Source of the DNA: Magallana gigas
Taxonomy: Eukaryota
NCBI RefSeq assembly: GCF_963853765.1
Contig: NC_088859.1
Coordinates: forward strand, 36,084,001 to 36,148,000
Direction: 5' to 3'
DNA length: 64,000 bases
Position numbers and translations under genes: made by a program. Below the pieces are notes generated by a model. The model did not search any database, was not told where the DNA came from, and saw nothing but the letters and a program-made list of their open reading frames with translations. Of this stretch, positions 13,267 through 26,724 are shown piece by piece (the stretch's first letter is position 1; each line of letters starts with the position of its first letter).

Positions 13267-13895
13267 CCTTAATTAATGTTATTTTTCAAAAATGCTAAAT
13301 AAGCTCATAAAATTACAGTAATATTGAATTACAAATCGTGATAATTTTCTACGCCAATTTTCTGCCAAAAAATATAGTCTTTGTTAAATTCTAAATTTGA
13401 TTTCTATATTTCTATGCCAAATTGTACAATAATAAGAAAAAAAGGTAAATATGATATTTTTATTTCCTTGCATCTTAATTTAGTGAACATTTGATCAAAG
13501 GATGACTGCACGTAACGCCCTGTTTTGGGCCCTTTTCGGTCGCTTCTGTTGCGTGTATTTCTTAACCTAATATCACTTTTGTTAATTTTTTAAAGAGTCT
13601 AGTCAATTTGCAATATCTATTAAGATTTTAGACTGTGATACAAAAAGCTCATTCTACTTTTTTCTCCTTACAACTTTCGAAAAAGGAGAATTTTCGCGTA
13701 TATGCCCTTGATCAAACATAAGATTGATATTAATATGCATGAGAGGTGGAGCTGACATTATCAGAATTGTACTAAAATTAGACTAGCATTAATGACAATG
13801 CCATGTATAAAACATTATGTGATCACTCTTTCACCATAACCCTATCTAGTCTATATGGTACAAGTATACTAATACTATCGCTTCAACAATTAGAC

Positions 13896-13898
13896 CAT

Positions 13899-13932
<34 letters not shown>

Positions 13933-14029
13933 GAAGGATAATTGTGTTTGACAGGGGGGGTCCGAGGCATATTTTCGCGATAATTTTACTATGTAAATTT
14001 AATAAATTTTCATTTTCCAGGGGGGGTCG

Positions 14030-14069
<40 letters not shown>
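13896..14069. mobile_element. hAT-like MITE with 8-bp TSD
   Basis: aattagac|catgcgcggatc ... gatccgcgcatg|aattagac. CA-starting TIR plus an 8-bp TSD is the hAT signature. Confidence 0.85.
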
Positions 14070-14133
14070 AATTAGACCATGCCCATGTAAGTATATACAT
14101 GTAGAAGACTTTAAATCAATGCTTGACAACTTA

Positions 14134-14714
14134 TAGCTGCAGGTCTGTAGCTCCCGGTCTGAAAAAATTCGGATGGACGACCTGGGAGCTACAGTGCCTC
14201 CCACAGTAAAAATCTGCAATTTACGACGCACAAAAATGTTTTAGACTAATTAACCTTATTTTTACACAAATTCTGTGGAAAACATTAGTACCATTAAATT
14301 CTTCAGTCAATTTACTACTGATATCGGTACTTTACTTGCCTCAAACTTTCTTTTAAACACGTTAACCGACCTCAGAAATTGAAGAAAGTTAAATTCAAGT
14401 CGAGATCGAGAGTCGCCATTTTTACATGTAAACAAACTGCACCACTTCACATTACGGGGCTGGTGAATGGTGATGGTGTTTTAAAGAATATCAAAGGCAA
14501 GTAAAGTGACGATATCTTTAGTAAAGTGTCCAAGGAATTTTTTGGAGTCAAATATCTGTATAGAATGTGTTTGGAAATAATTAAGGTTAATCAGTCCAAA
14601 ACTAGCGCAAATATTTGTGCGCCGTTAATTGCAGATTTTTAGTATGGAAGGCACTGTAGCTCCCAGGTCGTCCATCCGAATTTTTTCAGACCGGGAGCTA
14701 CAGACCTGCAGCTA
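14134..14714. mobile_element. MITE with ~60-bp perfect TIRs, TA-flanked
   Basis: tagctgcaggtctgtagctcccggtctgaaaaaattcggatggacgacctgggagctacagtgcct is matched by its exact reverse complement ending at 14714. Confidence 0.9.
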
Positions 14715-14832
14715 AACGAGTTTGAAAAATATTGTCCTAGTTAGCACATAACATTCTACCTTACACGTCACGTGATGGAATTTTGTATTCACAAAGTTTC
14801 CTGAGGTGAGAAATCACGTGGTGAATTATAAT

Positions 14833-15306
14833 GGGCACGCTTGATTAAGCTTAACTTGGTGTACACCGGTATACACCGGTGTAAAAATTTTGTATTGTAT
14901 ATCAAGTCCACTTCAATGGTGTAGTGTACATGGCATAGGGAAGTTAAGAATGAATATGACGGAAAAGGGTGCAGTTTTAACAAAGAATCTGCTATTCTGC
15001 GACAATTAATAGTTTTTTTTGTGATATAAATGCAATAAAATAAACACATTTCAAATGGCTTTCATACAAACCACAACTTTTATGCGACTTCTAATCCGTT
15101 ACATTATTTTAAAAATCATTTTCCAAGTTTCCATCATAACATTCGTCCTCCATATTGGTTCAGTGAGCTACACCCAACAACACATGCCCCTGACTCGATG
15201 TAGAAAAGTGTACACCCGGTGTACACCTAAACGCTACACGCTACCTTTGCACTTGATTTACAAAAGTGTACACGGTGTACACCTTTTGGTAAAATCAAGC
15301 GCGCCC
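14833..15306. mobile_element. MITE, PIF/Harbinger-like
   Basis: TIR gggcacgcttgatt / aatcaagcgcgccc, possible 3-bp aat duplication, internal ggtgtacacc palindromic repeats. Confidence 0.6.
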
Positions 15307-15668
15307 AATGTTCAACATGCATCAGCCCTTGGTTACAAACTTTGATAATGCAAATATACAACTACTGTTAAACGGAGAACAAAAGACAAACATGCGCTGA
15401 CTATGTATGAAGTCAGTATAAAAGTGGGTGTCCTCATTAATTATCGTATGGAGATAGAAGAAATCGTGATGACCCCCGCCTATGAAGACAAATTCGTTTA
15501 ATAAAGCTTAAATTGACAAAGATACAAGAAACTTTATTTCATTATAATTCAATTATAATTCAATGGAGTCAAACAATTAATAATAATTATTATCAAATCT
15601 AAGATTCTCGCCAAATATTATAAGCCAAGATAAAAAAAAAAAAAGGACGTGCATACAAGAACTACTTT

Positions 15669-16493
15669 AACACCCCTGCGAATGTGTTCGGAATGTTTTC
15701 TTTATTGTTGCTAAGTATGTAATAAATCCAGAGGTGCTCGAATGAAAGTTCACGAGACTTCACTGAGATTTGTTCAGTTCCAGTGAAATTTTGACCGGAT
15801 GTATAAGTGTTCGGATAATATTCTCAAAATACATAAGTACTGATCGATTTTCATATCATATTCTACTTTGATTTATGTTAAAACATCAATATCTTTTAAG
15901 ATGTATGTCTTATTTCACCATCTAGCGGTTTTTTTTAAATCAAACGATGATAATCAGAACAGAGTTATCGTTCGTGTTCAACCACGTGTAGAGTGGTTAA
16001 TGATATAAAAATTAGGTTGCTTAATAAAATCATAGCCATGTTTGATGCTTGTGGTGTGCAATACCAATTTTTTAAAAAAATTAATGGGTGAATGTTTTGC
16101 ATAAAAACTTATTGTATCGAGCCATTTTCAAGGAACATTCTGCATAAAATAGTACAGTCTGTTTCACTATTATTTTATTACTAGGTCAGGCGCGGATCGA
16201 AAATTAATTCTTAGAGGGGATCTCTACTACGCATGTTTATTGTCGCAACAGCAGAGAAAAAAAACTATTTTTTGTATTGTTGTGTTTATTTCTAGAACAC
16301 ATTTTATCCACCAATTAATGAAGATAAAGTTTAAAATCAATAAACCTCTAGAATTTATATTTGACTACAAGTATACCTAGATTCTCTAAAATAGACTATA
16401 AACACGAGGCACGATTTTTACTGCGAAACAGAAAGTGTCAAATAAAACCACGTGGTCTAAAATTTAAATGACAATAACATTCGCAGGGGTGTT
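15669..16493. mobile_element. Non-autonomous TIR element (17-bp TIR aacacccctgcgaatgt)
   Basis: aacacccctgcgaatgt at 15669 and acattcgcaggggtgtt ending at 16493; AT-rich non-coding interior. Confidence 0.7.
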
Positions 16494-17585
16494 TAAGGCA
16501 TGTTATAAAAATCGTTAAGGTTTTCGTGCCGATTCTGACGTACAAAATTGACATTTCACACTTAAGAATTAATTTTAATGTGAAGGTGATAAAAGTTAAT
16601 CATAAAATTAAACACTTGCACATATTTTTAGTTGATTGTCTAAATTCAATTGTAAAAAGCTTTCACAGTGTAAAATTTAATTTTGATAAAATTAATAAAT
16701 ATGACATCGACACCATATCTGTTTATAACGCTACTAACGTACCATGTGATATCGTTAAACTGATAAACACATTGTATATAGGGTTTTTTTTTCTTATCAT
16801 TAGGTGCAAAGTAAATAAATATTTTCACATGTAGACAAGTTTGAAATATTCCAATTCTAAAAACGGTATTCTTCAAATATTATTTTATCAATCAAAGTAC
16901 TGAAGTGCTGACGAAAGTTGATTATTGATTATTATTTATGTTATTTTGCATGGAAATAGATTCTCAGCTTGTATTTAAATAATTACGCAATTTTTTCTAT
17001 TAGAATTCTCGTGCTTTTCCCACAAGAATTCCTAGCTAAGGACGGAAAACTCATAAAAATTGAATCCAAGAAAGTTTGTAACAAACAAATAATAAGTGTT
17101 GTCCACGCCAGTACTGCTTTAGTTTGGATAGTCTACCCTTGATTCTAGGCACAACTGCTGTAGAAATAGCGCGTTAGTAATCAATGACAGCGAACCAGTC
17201 TTATTTAACTATGGGGTAAGAATATACAACTGTATATGACTACAAAGTACAAACTACAATCAAAGTACTGAAGTACTGTCGGGAGTTGATCTTATTGATA
17301 ATTATCAATTTTAAAATCAACGATATGTTATTTTGCCTGGCAATTAGTTTCTAATCTGTATTTGAATTACGTTTTACATTTAATTTTTTTTTTACATTTT
17401 TATAATATGAATTCTCGAACTTTTCCGACAAGAATTTTCAGAAAATCCCGTATGAATCATGTTGTGTGATATTTAAAGATATTAAAGATAAAATTAATTC
17501 CATTAAACTGTATCAGTAATTAATGAAATGTTTCTAAAAATTGTACACGTCTGGATCCAAGCAATATTGAGCTCTAGTCTTGTTC

Positions 17586-17677
17586 AACCAGACGCTCGGC
17601 TGTCTCCGTTAATCTCCGACTACCAAGAGAGACTCTCTGCTTGTCGGTGATTTACGGAGACAGCCGAGCGTCTGGTT
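17586..17677. repeat. ~92-bp near-perfect hairpin (miniature palindromic element)
   Basis: aaccagacgctcggctgtctccg pairs with cggagacagccgagcgtctggtt, with further inner pairing. Confidence 0.8.
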
Positions 17678-18072
17678 TTGAACTCTGGCGTAGGAATACA
17701 TGCAACTACAAAAAACAATTAAATTGTTCGTACTATATAAAATCTGACTATTTTCAAGGTATTTATAAATACGTTTCTTTTGAAAAACAATGGTACAACA
17801 TACAGTACACCGAATTTATCTATTATTTTCAAGATCTACGTCTTGTCAGTGGTGATGATTTGTGCTTAGGTCCAAACACTGTTTCACTTTCGGTTTGCCA
17901 GAGTAACTGCATAGGAGAGTTGATTAAAATCAACTCCCAAAAACTATCCTTATTGTTTATACATGCCTTTTAAAATCCGAGATGCAGTCATTGAAAGGAC
18001 ATATATTAAAATAAAATTATAATGAACCATATATTGATTACTAATTAGTTAATATGTAATAAATTAACTCAT

Positions 18073-18075
<3 letters not shown>

Positions 18076-18116
<41 letters not shown>
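18076..18116. repeat. (CT)n microsatellite just downstream of gene D
   Basis: Uninterrupted ct run. Confidence 0.95.
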
Positions 18117-18119
<3 letters not shown>

Positions 18120-18175
18120 CTCTCATGATACAACATTATGTAACAAAAAATGGTTAAAACAACACAATATCTATA

Positions 18176-19452
18176 CTAAATTGATGCAGTTCTCTCCCTT
18201 TCTTGATCATGCAGTTGCACATTTGTAACGTCACTTGGGCGGTTGCGTGGATTTGCTTGTTTTCCCGCGAGGTCTTCCATATTAAGGAATACTTTCATGC
18301 CTTTTCCGACCCTCATTACGTATACAGGATTTTGGTCGTGGACGGCAGTTGCCATATTTTGTTTCCTCAATTTTTTGTTGGGGTTTGATTTAGTATTGCC
18401 TTTTTTCTTCTGACTGTTTAAAAAAGAAAAAGAAAGCTTAAAAACGAAAATACACATAAAATTAACTGAAACGTTATTTCGATGCATATTTTTCTTGAAA
18501 CGAAAAATAAAATCCGTTCAATTAAGAAAATTGCAATGTAAAATCAATCCCTTGGCTGTATAATGACTTACTAAATCATCAGCCCGGCTAAACCAACGAC
18601 GACACACAATCCACCAGAACAGAATAGGAAAAGTATATGTCTCCACCGGAAACCATTGGAACAGCTCCTTATTTTTCTGCCAATTTTATCAAAACATTTA
18701 TAACTTGTCCCGGATCGCAACGCCTTCTCCATACGCCCCTTATGCCAGTTCTCACTTTTATTTGTCTGAGAATTCTCCCACTCCGACAAGTTTAAGATTT
18801 TTGACAACTTGGATCGTAGGTCCATTGACCGGGGCTCATTTGTCTTTTTATCTGTTAAAAATACATTAAGTGTATTTTAAAAATAGTTTTAAAAACTGTT
18901 ATAATGTTGGTTTGAGAAGCATAACACTGAATCTTTGACATGTTTGGCATTACCAACGATGTCCTTACCATGCAAATAAATGCACATGTTTCCTCCTAAA
19001 ATCCCACAGCATTTACCGTTAGGGCAATCGGAATCCTTCTCGCAGAGAAAATCAGTCGTTTTGATTTTACGAGAAAGAGCATGCTTAACAGTACCCGGAA
19101 ACCCAACTGGGCATGCCTGGTGTTCGGCGCCTGAAAAAACTTGCAACAATGATCAAAGTAGAAGGAACTTGATGGTCACAATCATAATTATCACGCCATT
19201 ATTATCATCGGCATCAATTCACTCTATATGTAAGAATGTCAATACTATTCTATATTAGATTTTAAATTTACATATTATAGTAATCTTCTTCCTCAAAGAC
19301 ATGGAGTATGAAATTACATAATGAAAACTAATAATATTATGGGGGAAATGCACCTATTAACTTATTTGTGAGAATTATGATATTATACCTGATTCGACTA
19401 AAATGATGCAAGCGTTGAGAAAGACTCCAAAAATACAAAAGCTGAGAGACAT
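18176..19452 (-). CDS. Cluster gene D: 247-aa type-I membrane protein (6-Cys WAP-like domain, basic stalk, TM, NPxY tail)
   Basis: Exons 19389-19452, 18969-19130, 18572-18851, 18176-18413 (744 nt, phases 1,1,2). MSLSFCIFGVFLNACIILVESGAEHQACPVGFPGTVKHALSRKIKTTDFLCEKDSDCPNGKCCGILGGNMCIYLH...HILFLFCSGGLCVVVGLAGLMIYQKKK...DQNPVYV... Confidence 0.85.
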
Positions 19453-21642
19453 ATCTTCGACAGGCGTTTTCCTTTTCAGTAATACTGGCTTAAGTTTCTA
19501 TGAAGTATATATCTTAAATACTAAAAATTAGAATCGATATAATTTTTTTCTACTTTAACCACACCTCTGTATTAAAAAGTCTTTCACAGGTAAACCCTGC
19601 CTATCCTCAGTGGGTCCAAATTCATGTCGCTTACAAATAACAATGTTTTACTTTTCGTTGCCTAGCAATGTATGAAATTCAAAGGCACGCTGGAAATGTG
19701 TTAAGTAAGAAGAGACACGATGGTATGAAGTACGACCGATTTTAATTGTATTCTGATTTGATGGTGTGAAACTGTACTGTTTGTTGCGGAGAAAATGGCA
19801 CAGTATGAAACACTGTTCTGCTTTCATTTAATTCTTTTCTGTCATTTAATTCTTGGAACAAAAATAGATGTTTAAAGGTAGGTTATTAGACCATTTGTGA
19901 TCAAAATAAACACTTTCAAAAAAAATGATACTTATTTCTTTAAATCATAATTTTAAGGGAATATGGGGCAAACAAACATATTTTTTTTTAAATCAGCAAA
20001 TTGATTTATTAGATCTATGAGTGAACGGCAAAAAAAGTCAAGTTTCATGTTTACCACTTTAGTCATAGTTTATTGTATGATATTTCCTTAGAGCATTGTA
20101 TAATTAAAAAAGATTATTAATTTATGTTGTTATCGCAATTTTTCTGTCTAAATAAAAGAATCCTACAATTGGTGCAATTTATTCATGTACGAAACAAGTC
20201 ATTGGATGAGAGAAAAGTTATGTATCATGTAACCTCTGTTGATTACGCAGTAATATTAGTTTTATTGAATAGAGTAATATGAAATATATATATTGTATTA
20301 CTCATCCAAATATTCCAATTGTAATATGCTTAACATATCTGATGGCAAATATCATAAATCTCTGGTAATTCTTTTAGTTCACTGATACTCTCCTAAATCA
20401 AAAAATAATTCTATCCTATAAATCTTAAAACGAGGCTGGGGGTGGCTGCCATATTAAAGCGTTTTTATCTCTACACAAAAAAGATTTTCACTTTAATGTT
20501 CTATAACTCTTACATCGTACTGAAATTGTTTTTTGAAAAAAATGGATATGATGGTACTGAAGCATGATTTAAAGAGTCAATTGATGGTAACCAAGGGATA
20601 CAAGATGCCAAAAAATCATTTTAGCTGTTTTACTATTCAAAGGGAGGTAACTTGTAAAACTCCAAATATTTTGTTCAAATATTTTCTTTCTTTTTATTTT
20701 ATTTTTTAATTTCACCATCAAAAATCTTTTTTAATGCTCAATCTTTATTACATATGTAATGATTATTATCCTGTTAAAATTTGGAAATAATTTTGTGGCT
20801 ACTTTTTTTTTCTTTACGTATTTGCATTTGTGTGTCAAATATATTTTTTGGTAAAATTGTAAAATTTTTCTTTATAACAAATAATGTTAAGTTTTTGTTA
20901 TTGTGTTTATTTTTAGTGATGGTATTGGTATCTTTTTTAAGCCTTAAATAATTTTTCATATATTTTTCATATATTTTTTTTTTACATAATGTGCAATTGT
21001 TTCAGATGCAATAAATGATAAAATTAACGATGATTGTGATGTGGTCTTTCACATTAAAATGTAAATTAAGAGTATATGAGACATTTCTGCAAATTTGGTG
21101 AAATTTGGAGACAATTTTTTTGGACCCCCCAGCCTCCTTTAGTAAATTTACGGATACCTTTCGGAATTTTTAGAATCTCTTATGACATAAAAATATCGAT
21201 CTGTCGAATCGTCAGTGATTCAAAACTTGATTATTATATGCTCATGACTTGTTCCTTTTATCTTACAAGAGGCCTACGGGCTAATTCGCTCAACAGATCG
21301 ACACTCTACAACTCTTTTTCCATTTTACTTTTATATATTTAACGATTGCTTTTTATTCATAATTTTTTTTCTTATAGTACCACCATTTTATAGTAACACC
21401 GGCAATTTGTCGAAATATTCAGAAATTCTGCTCAAGCAAGGACGTCTTATAAAAATTAAAAAATTAAAAAGAACACATACGCAACATTAAAACAAAACAA
21501 AGCAAAATTTAAAAAACCAGAAACTCTACTTTATTCAATGAAAAATAACATCACGTTTTACTGTTTAATTTTATAAGTTTCAAAAATGCAAATGTTTATA
21601 AAATTGAAAATCGTAAATACAATTCAAGGGCAAAACACACAA

Positions 21643-21772
21643 NNNNNNNNNNNNNNNNNNNNNNNNNNNNNNNNNNNNNNNNNNNNNNNNNNNNNNNNNN
21701 NNNNNNNNNNNNNNNNNNNNNNNNNNNNNNNNNNNNNNNNNNNNNNNNNNNNNNNNNNNNNNNNNNNNNNNN
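21643..21772. other. Assembly gap (N run)
   Basis: 130 N. Confidence 1.
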
Positions 21773-21812
21773 TATTTTGATAAAATTAGCTTGATGCTAG
21801 AGTCGGGCTACA

Positions 21813-24800
21813 TCAAGTATTCCTTTCACTGTCTTGCGTGTTTTCGTCATAATTCTCAGACTCTAAATTGTTATAATTCGGATTTTCACCAAATTGTTGA
21901 ACTAGATCAATGTTATCAGTGGCTTGCCTTTCTTTTCTGTATCTATACAAGTATATGCCGCCCACACCAATCGCCAACCCAACGATAAATAGAGCTATAG
22001 ATGCTCCGGCCAATGAGCCTAAAGCAAAGAAAATTAAAAAAAAATTAGACAAGGAAATCTTAGGATACTATGAATTTTTTAAGCTAAAAAATTTAAAGAA
22101 TTATTCTCAAACAGTAAAATTTTGTTCAATAACTGCAGTCTAGTACCTCCGCTATAGCCATTATTAGGTTGGCTTGACCTCCTGCCTTGAATTTTACTTG
22201 GTTGAGAATACGATGACGGCTGGTAAAAATTTCCTACAAACAATTAATAAAAGGGGAAAATATTGTATGTTGAGAGCTTGATTCATGTAAAACACCATCC
22301 ATATCATAAATATTTTTGTTGGAATTCAAAAATTACATGTATCACGTAGAATTAATTATGTGTATGCTCATTACACAGTAATTTACGTGAAGCACAATCA
22401 TGGCTTTTTGATAACAACAATCAATCATTTTTAAAAATTGCAAAAATCTGAATACAAGTTTTATTCGCAAAACCTTACTTGAATATAAGTCACACATGTC
22501 GCTCTTAGAAACAGCGTTTCCAGACTGAAACGGATGAGATGATGTCAGTCTACACAATGACGTCATATTGCAATATGCAAAGCTCCTGCAGGCTGCTCCT
22601 TCCTGTTCCACACATAGTTTGGCGCACTGGGAACTGGTGATATTCGAAAATTCCACAACGTTTGTAAACGATATTGTCATCCTTTTTAACAACTTGAAGT
22701 CATAGAAATAGTTCTCTAAAAAATAAAAGAAGAAATATATCGAAGAACTGTCAGACCAAGTTTGGCAATGTGTTTGGTATACACGAGAAGAACACTGAAA
22801 AGGCAAGTATAGTCATTTCCTTATCTACATATACTCACTGCTGTAAAAGGAGCATGTAAGACTCTTTGAAGCTGTTTTTCCCACCATATCAAGTTCATGC
22901 ATCTTCAACAGGAGACAGTTTTTGGTACTTGTACAGTATTCAAAAGATTTGCACTGAAATGCAGTATATTGTGAGCAAAGCTTTGCACAAAGGTTTGCGG
23001 ATGGCACATTGGGGAGTGTTGCGTCAGCCTTTACTGAATACGTCAAACCAGAGGATTCTGTGTACTGATCAAGAAAATAACCTGTGAAAAGTAAGAAGAT
23101 CCATTTTATCACGAGCTTGGACTTGGGTAGTTATCAAACAGCAAAGTGACGTAGGTCTGTCTATTTCATTGTTGACTACTCAGCCATAGCTCTTTGAAAT
23201 CAACAAGATTTGACTGGCTTTTGAGCTTTAACTACGCAATCGGTGCATGTTTTGCTTAAACCAGGGTAATTTTATACGAAAATGCCAAAATATAAGATCG
23301 TTACGTCCTATCGAAAGTACAAGGCCTTGTTAAAATGGATCTTAATCAAAATCTTAGAAAGTCCAGAGACTTCAATTATTGAATTTTCCAGATAAGGGGA
23401 TTTGAATAACGTGACTTACGTGAGTACAAATCACAGTATTCCTGACGTTGTACAATTCCAGAGGAGTTGTCCGCATGGACGTGGCTAAGGAAGCAATCAC
23501 CAAGGTCAAAACAGTAACTAAACGATAGGCACTCGTACTCCATGTTGTTTATACAGCGGCGCGCGCAGTCCTCAACCGACAACCCAGCAATGGAAGTGTC
23601 GGTATTGGTAAAAATAAAGTATTGGCGATAGATGTAGAAATGTGTCAGAAGTAGATCTAAAACAGAGGGGAAATACATTATAATGCTTTTTTTCTAAAGA
23701 TTTAAACTATTTCACGACAATCTGATCCAGTACATTTTGATTTCACATATCAATTTATATTTTAAGTTTCAGAAATTATCTCCCAAAAGATCTTTTACAA
23801 CCAATTTGAAAAAAGTATGAACACTATCTATGCATCAGTTGTATCAATAAATTACTTGATTCACTTGGTCTTCCGTTTCTTAGAATACGTGTCCTAATAT
23901 TCGTTGCGTTAAATGTCTGAAATTATAAACAAAAAACCACTTCTTACCAAAACTATCTGTAGCATGGCATGTTATGAAATGTTCTTAATCAGTTTATGTC
24001 ATTCTAGGATTTCAGAATACGAAATACTTAGCCAACTTTCTGTTGCAGCTGTCCATATTTCTTGAAGAGAAATACTAATATATGTCCTAGTAGTTGTTTT
24101 TACATTTACATGCATTTACAATGTACATGTATATCACTTACGTAAATTGCACTTCCATAATTAACGGGCACTTGTATTAAGCCATCGTAGATTGAATTGG
24201 AAATCTTCGATACTATGACGTCAGTTGGTGGTTGCACAGTGGATGTCGAATTTACAGTTCCTGTTCGTAGAAAAGTGGCATTTTTTAAAAGAACAGATAA
24301 AGATTCATAGTGCAACAGATTTTCACTTCATTTGCAAAAAGATACAGATTAGTTTTAGATTAAAACTGGGTGAAACAAAGCAAAACAAATCTTTAAAAAA
24401 TAAAAGTACATGTATATATTATCAATATAATATGAATATATTATCAATATAATATGAAGGATGAAATCCGTTTATTGTTTTAAGGGATTTTGCGGCTTTT
24501 TTGGATTGCTGGAACAGGGGGTTCCTGAAAATGCAATCTTGCGTACAACCAAGCTTCAAATACACATAAATGTTCAAGCTTACTCAATATTAATCTTGCA
24601 TGTCATGCGTGTCCGCAAATTATGCCCCAAAAAGGAACGTATGATTTCAGATTTGTGTACAAACATTACTGTAAATTAAAAAAAATATTACTGTGGTTCT
24701 AATTTCATTATGTTTACGGTTTTATGATCTTCCTGTGAATTCCTGTGAATTCAAATTATAATTTCTTCAATTAAGACAACGTACATCTACCCACGTAAAT

Positions 24801-26688
24801 TACTATCAAGCATTCCGTTAAAACTTTAATGTGACTTTTACTTATCTTTATATAAAATCTGGGTTCGCTTTATATAATATATGCACTATACTTGAGTAGT
24901 GGTCACATAACAATGCACTGTTGGTAGAGGTACTGGAGTCGGCGTGGGTCGGTCTCAATACACAGGTTGACCCAGAGGCACAGTAATAAAAGCCCTGACA
25001 TGGGAACTTGGAGTTCTGGCGACATTGGCTGGCACACGCTGTCGCTGAGGCAATGTTTGTAAGGGTCTGGGCGCCTCTAGGTGGGTTCATGCCCGTATTT
25101 GTTTGTGTAAAATCATCTGCAGGGTAAAAGAATCAACTAGTGTTAATATTCCAAGGGTACAATTCAGTAACAGTTTCATGGATTCTGGTTTTCTTTATAA
25201 CCAAAGATGAGTACATTTGAAATAGAACTATTTTTTAACATTTTAACAGTCCGCAAAATATACTGGAAAATTTTCCTAGAGCAGAATGTATTTTAAATGG
25301 TCGCTCATTCTGTAATCAGATTCAAAATAGAAGTCATCACTGGGCTCTCTTGTGTTTCTCATCTATGTAGCAAATTGAATTAAACATACAATCTTAATGA
25401 CATATAGTATACAATATTCATACTTTAATTAGACATACATTCTTACCAATATAAGGGGCGGGGTCGACCAGTGTTCCGATTAGGAATAAGTAGGGAGAAA
25501 CACTGTCGTAAGTGACCTCTAGTTTCTGGAACCGTAACGGGGACGCCTTAGAGGATTCCGACATCATAACCCTAGCAGCCTTTTCAAAAAACTTCTCATT
25601 CGTATTCAAATATGGATGGTAGGAACCTATGACAACAAAATGCCATAACTTTTAATGGCAGTTATGTTATTCAAATATCAATGAAAAGAAGTTTCTATAA
25701 TACAGAAAATAGTATTGCATACAAAACTGACCATTGAACACGATGACAAAATTCTCTTGTTGATCTGCCGTAAAACATGGCGTTATATCGAAATTCTTTA
25801 GATCGGGGTCCTCCTCGTTAAAGTTGTAAAAATTATATGTCAAGGATAGCCCAACCTGAGACATACAGTAATGAAAATAGTCCATGAAAGCATATAACTA
25901 CTACGTGTTATAAAGAAATGTACTTCCATTTGTTGGAGTCAAAAAAACTGGTTTTTGCTAACTCGTACGATTTGAAGTACATACCTCTGCTGAGGATATC
26001 ACCAGTTTGATTGGCTGGGCATTCACAGGGTTTGAGTCTGTATCTGGTGTTTCTGACCAACTGTCCTACAAACAACATAAGCTTCGTTTATTTGCAATCA
26101 GAAATAACTTGTAGAACTTACTTTGGATCCAAATCTTTAAAAATATCTAAACGCTGTTGGAAGAAAACCTTTTACCTTACTGTCACTTACCGACATAAAA
26201 AAGAATTGGAGAATGCTTGTGAAAGTCTGGGTTATGGATGGAACCTTGAAATCAGTTGTCGTAGCCTCAAAGACGTCGCAAAGCATTCCTCGCACAGTTC
26301 TCTACAAGAAAACATGGATCTTTAAAAAGAAGTATTCAAAACATTAAACTTCAATGATCTTGATTTACTTGAAATTATTTTCAATTCAAACATTGAAGTA
26401 TACGAACTTGGCCAGCCCATCGATAGGACTCGTTCATTGAGAAAATGTCCAAAGGTCCTTTCATCTTTATAACATAAGCCCCGTTCTTCATGAGTGCCGT
26501 TTTGTCTTGTTGAGTTGCGAAGCTTCCGAGCTGTATGGGGTGTATGGTACAGTTGCCAAGGGAACGGTCAATGCTGTAAGATGTTCCTTGGTTGCAAAAG
26601 GATAGTTTGAGATAGAATTTGAAAAATGAATACATCAAGATAAAGTATAGAGGAGAAAACGTTTGCCATGCAATGCAAGACTGTAAAC

Positions 26689-26724
<36 letters not shown>

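Noticed and set aside
11200-18100. A fifth cluster paralog or pseudogene between genes C and D
   Set aside because: No Cys-domain, poly-Asp or TM exon remnants were found by eye; a tBLASTn with A-D would be decisive.
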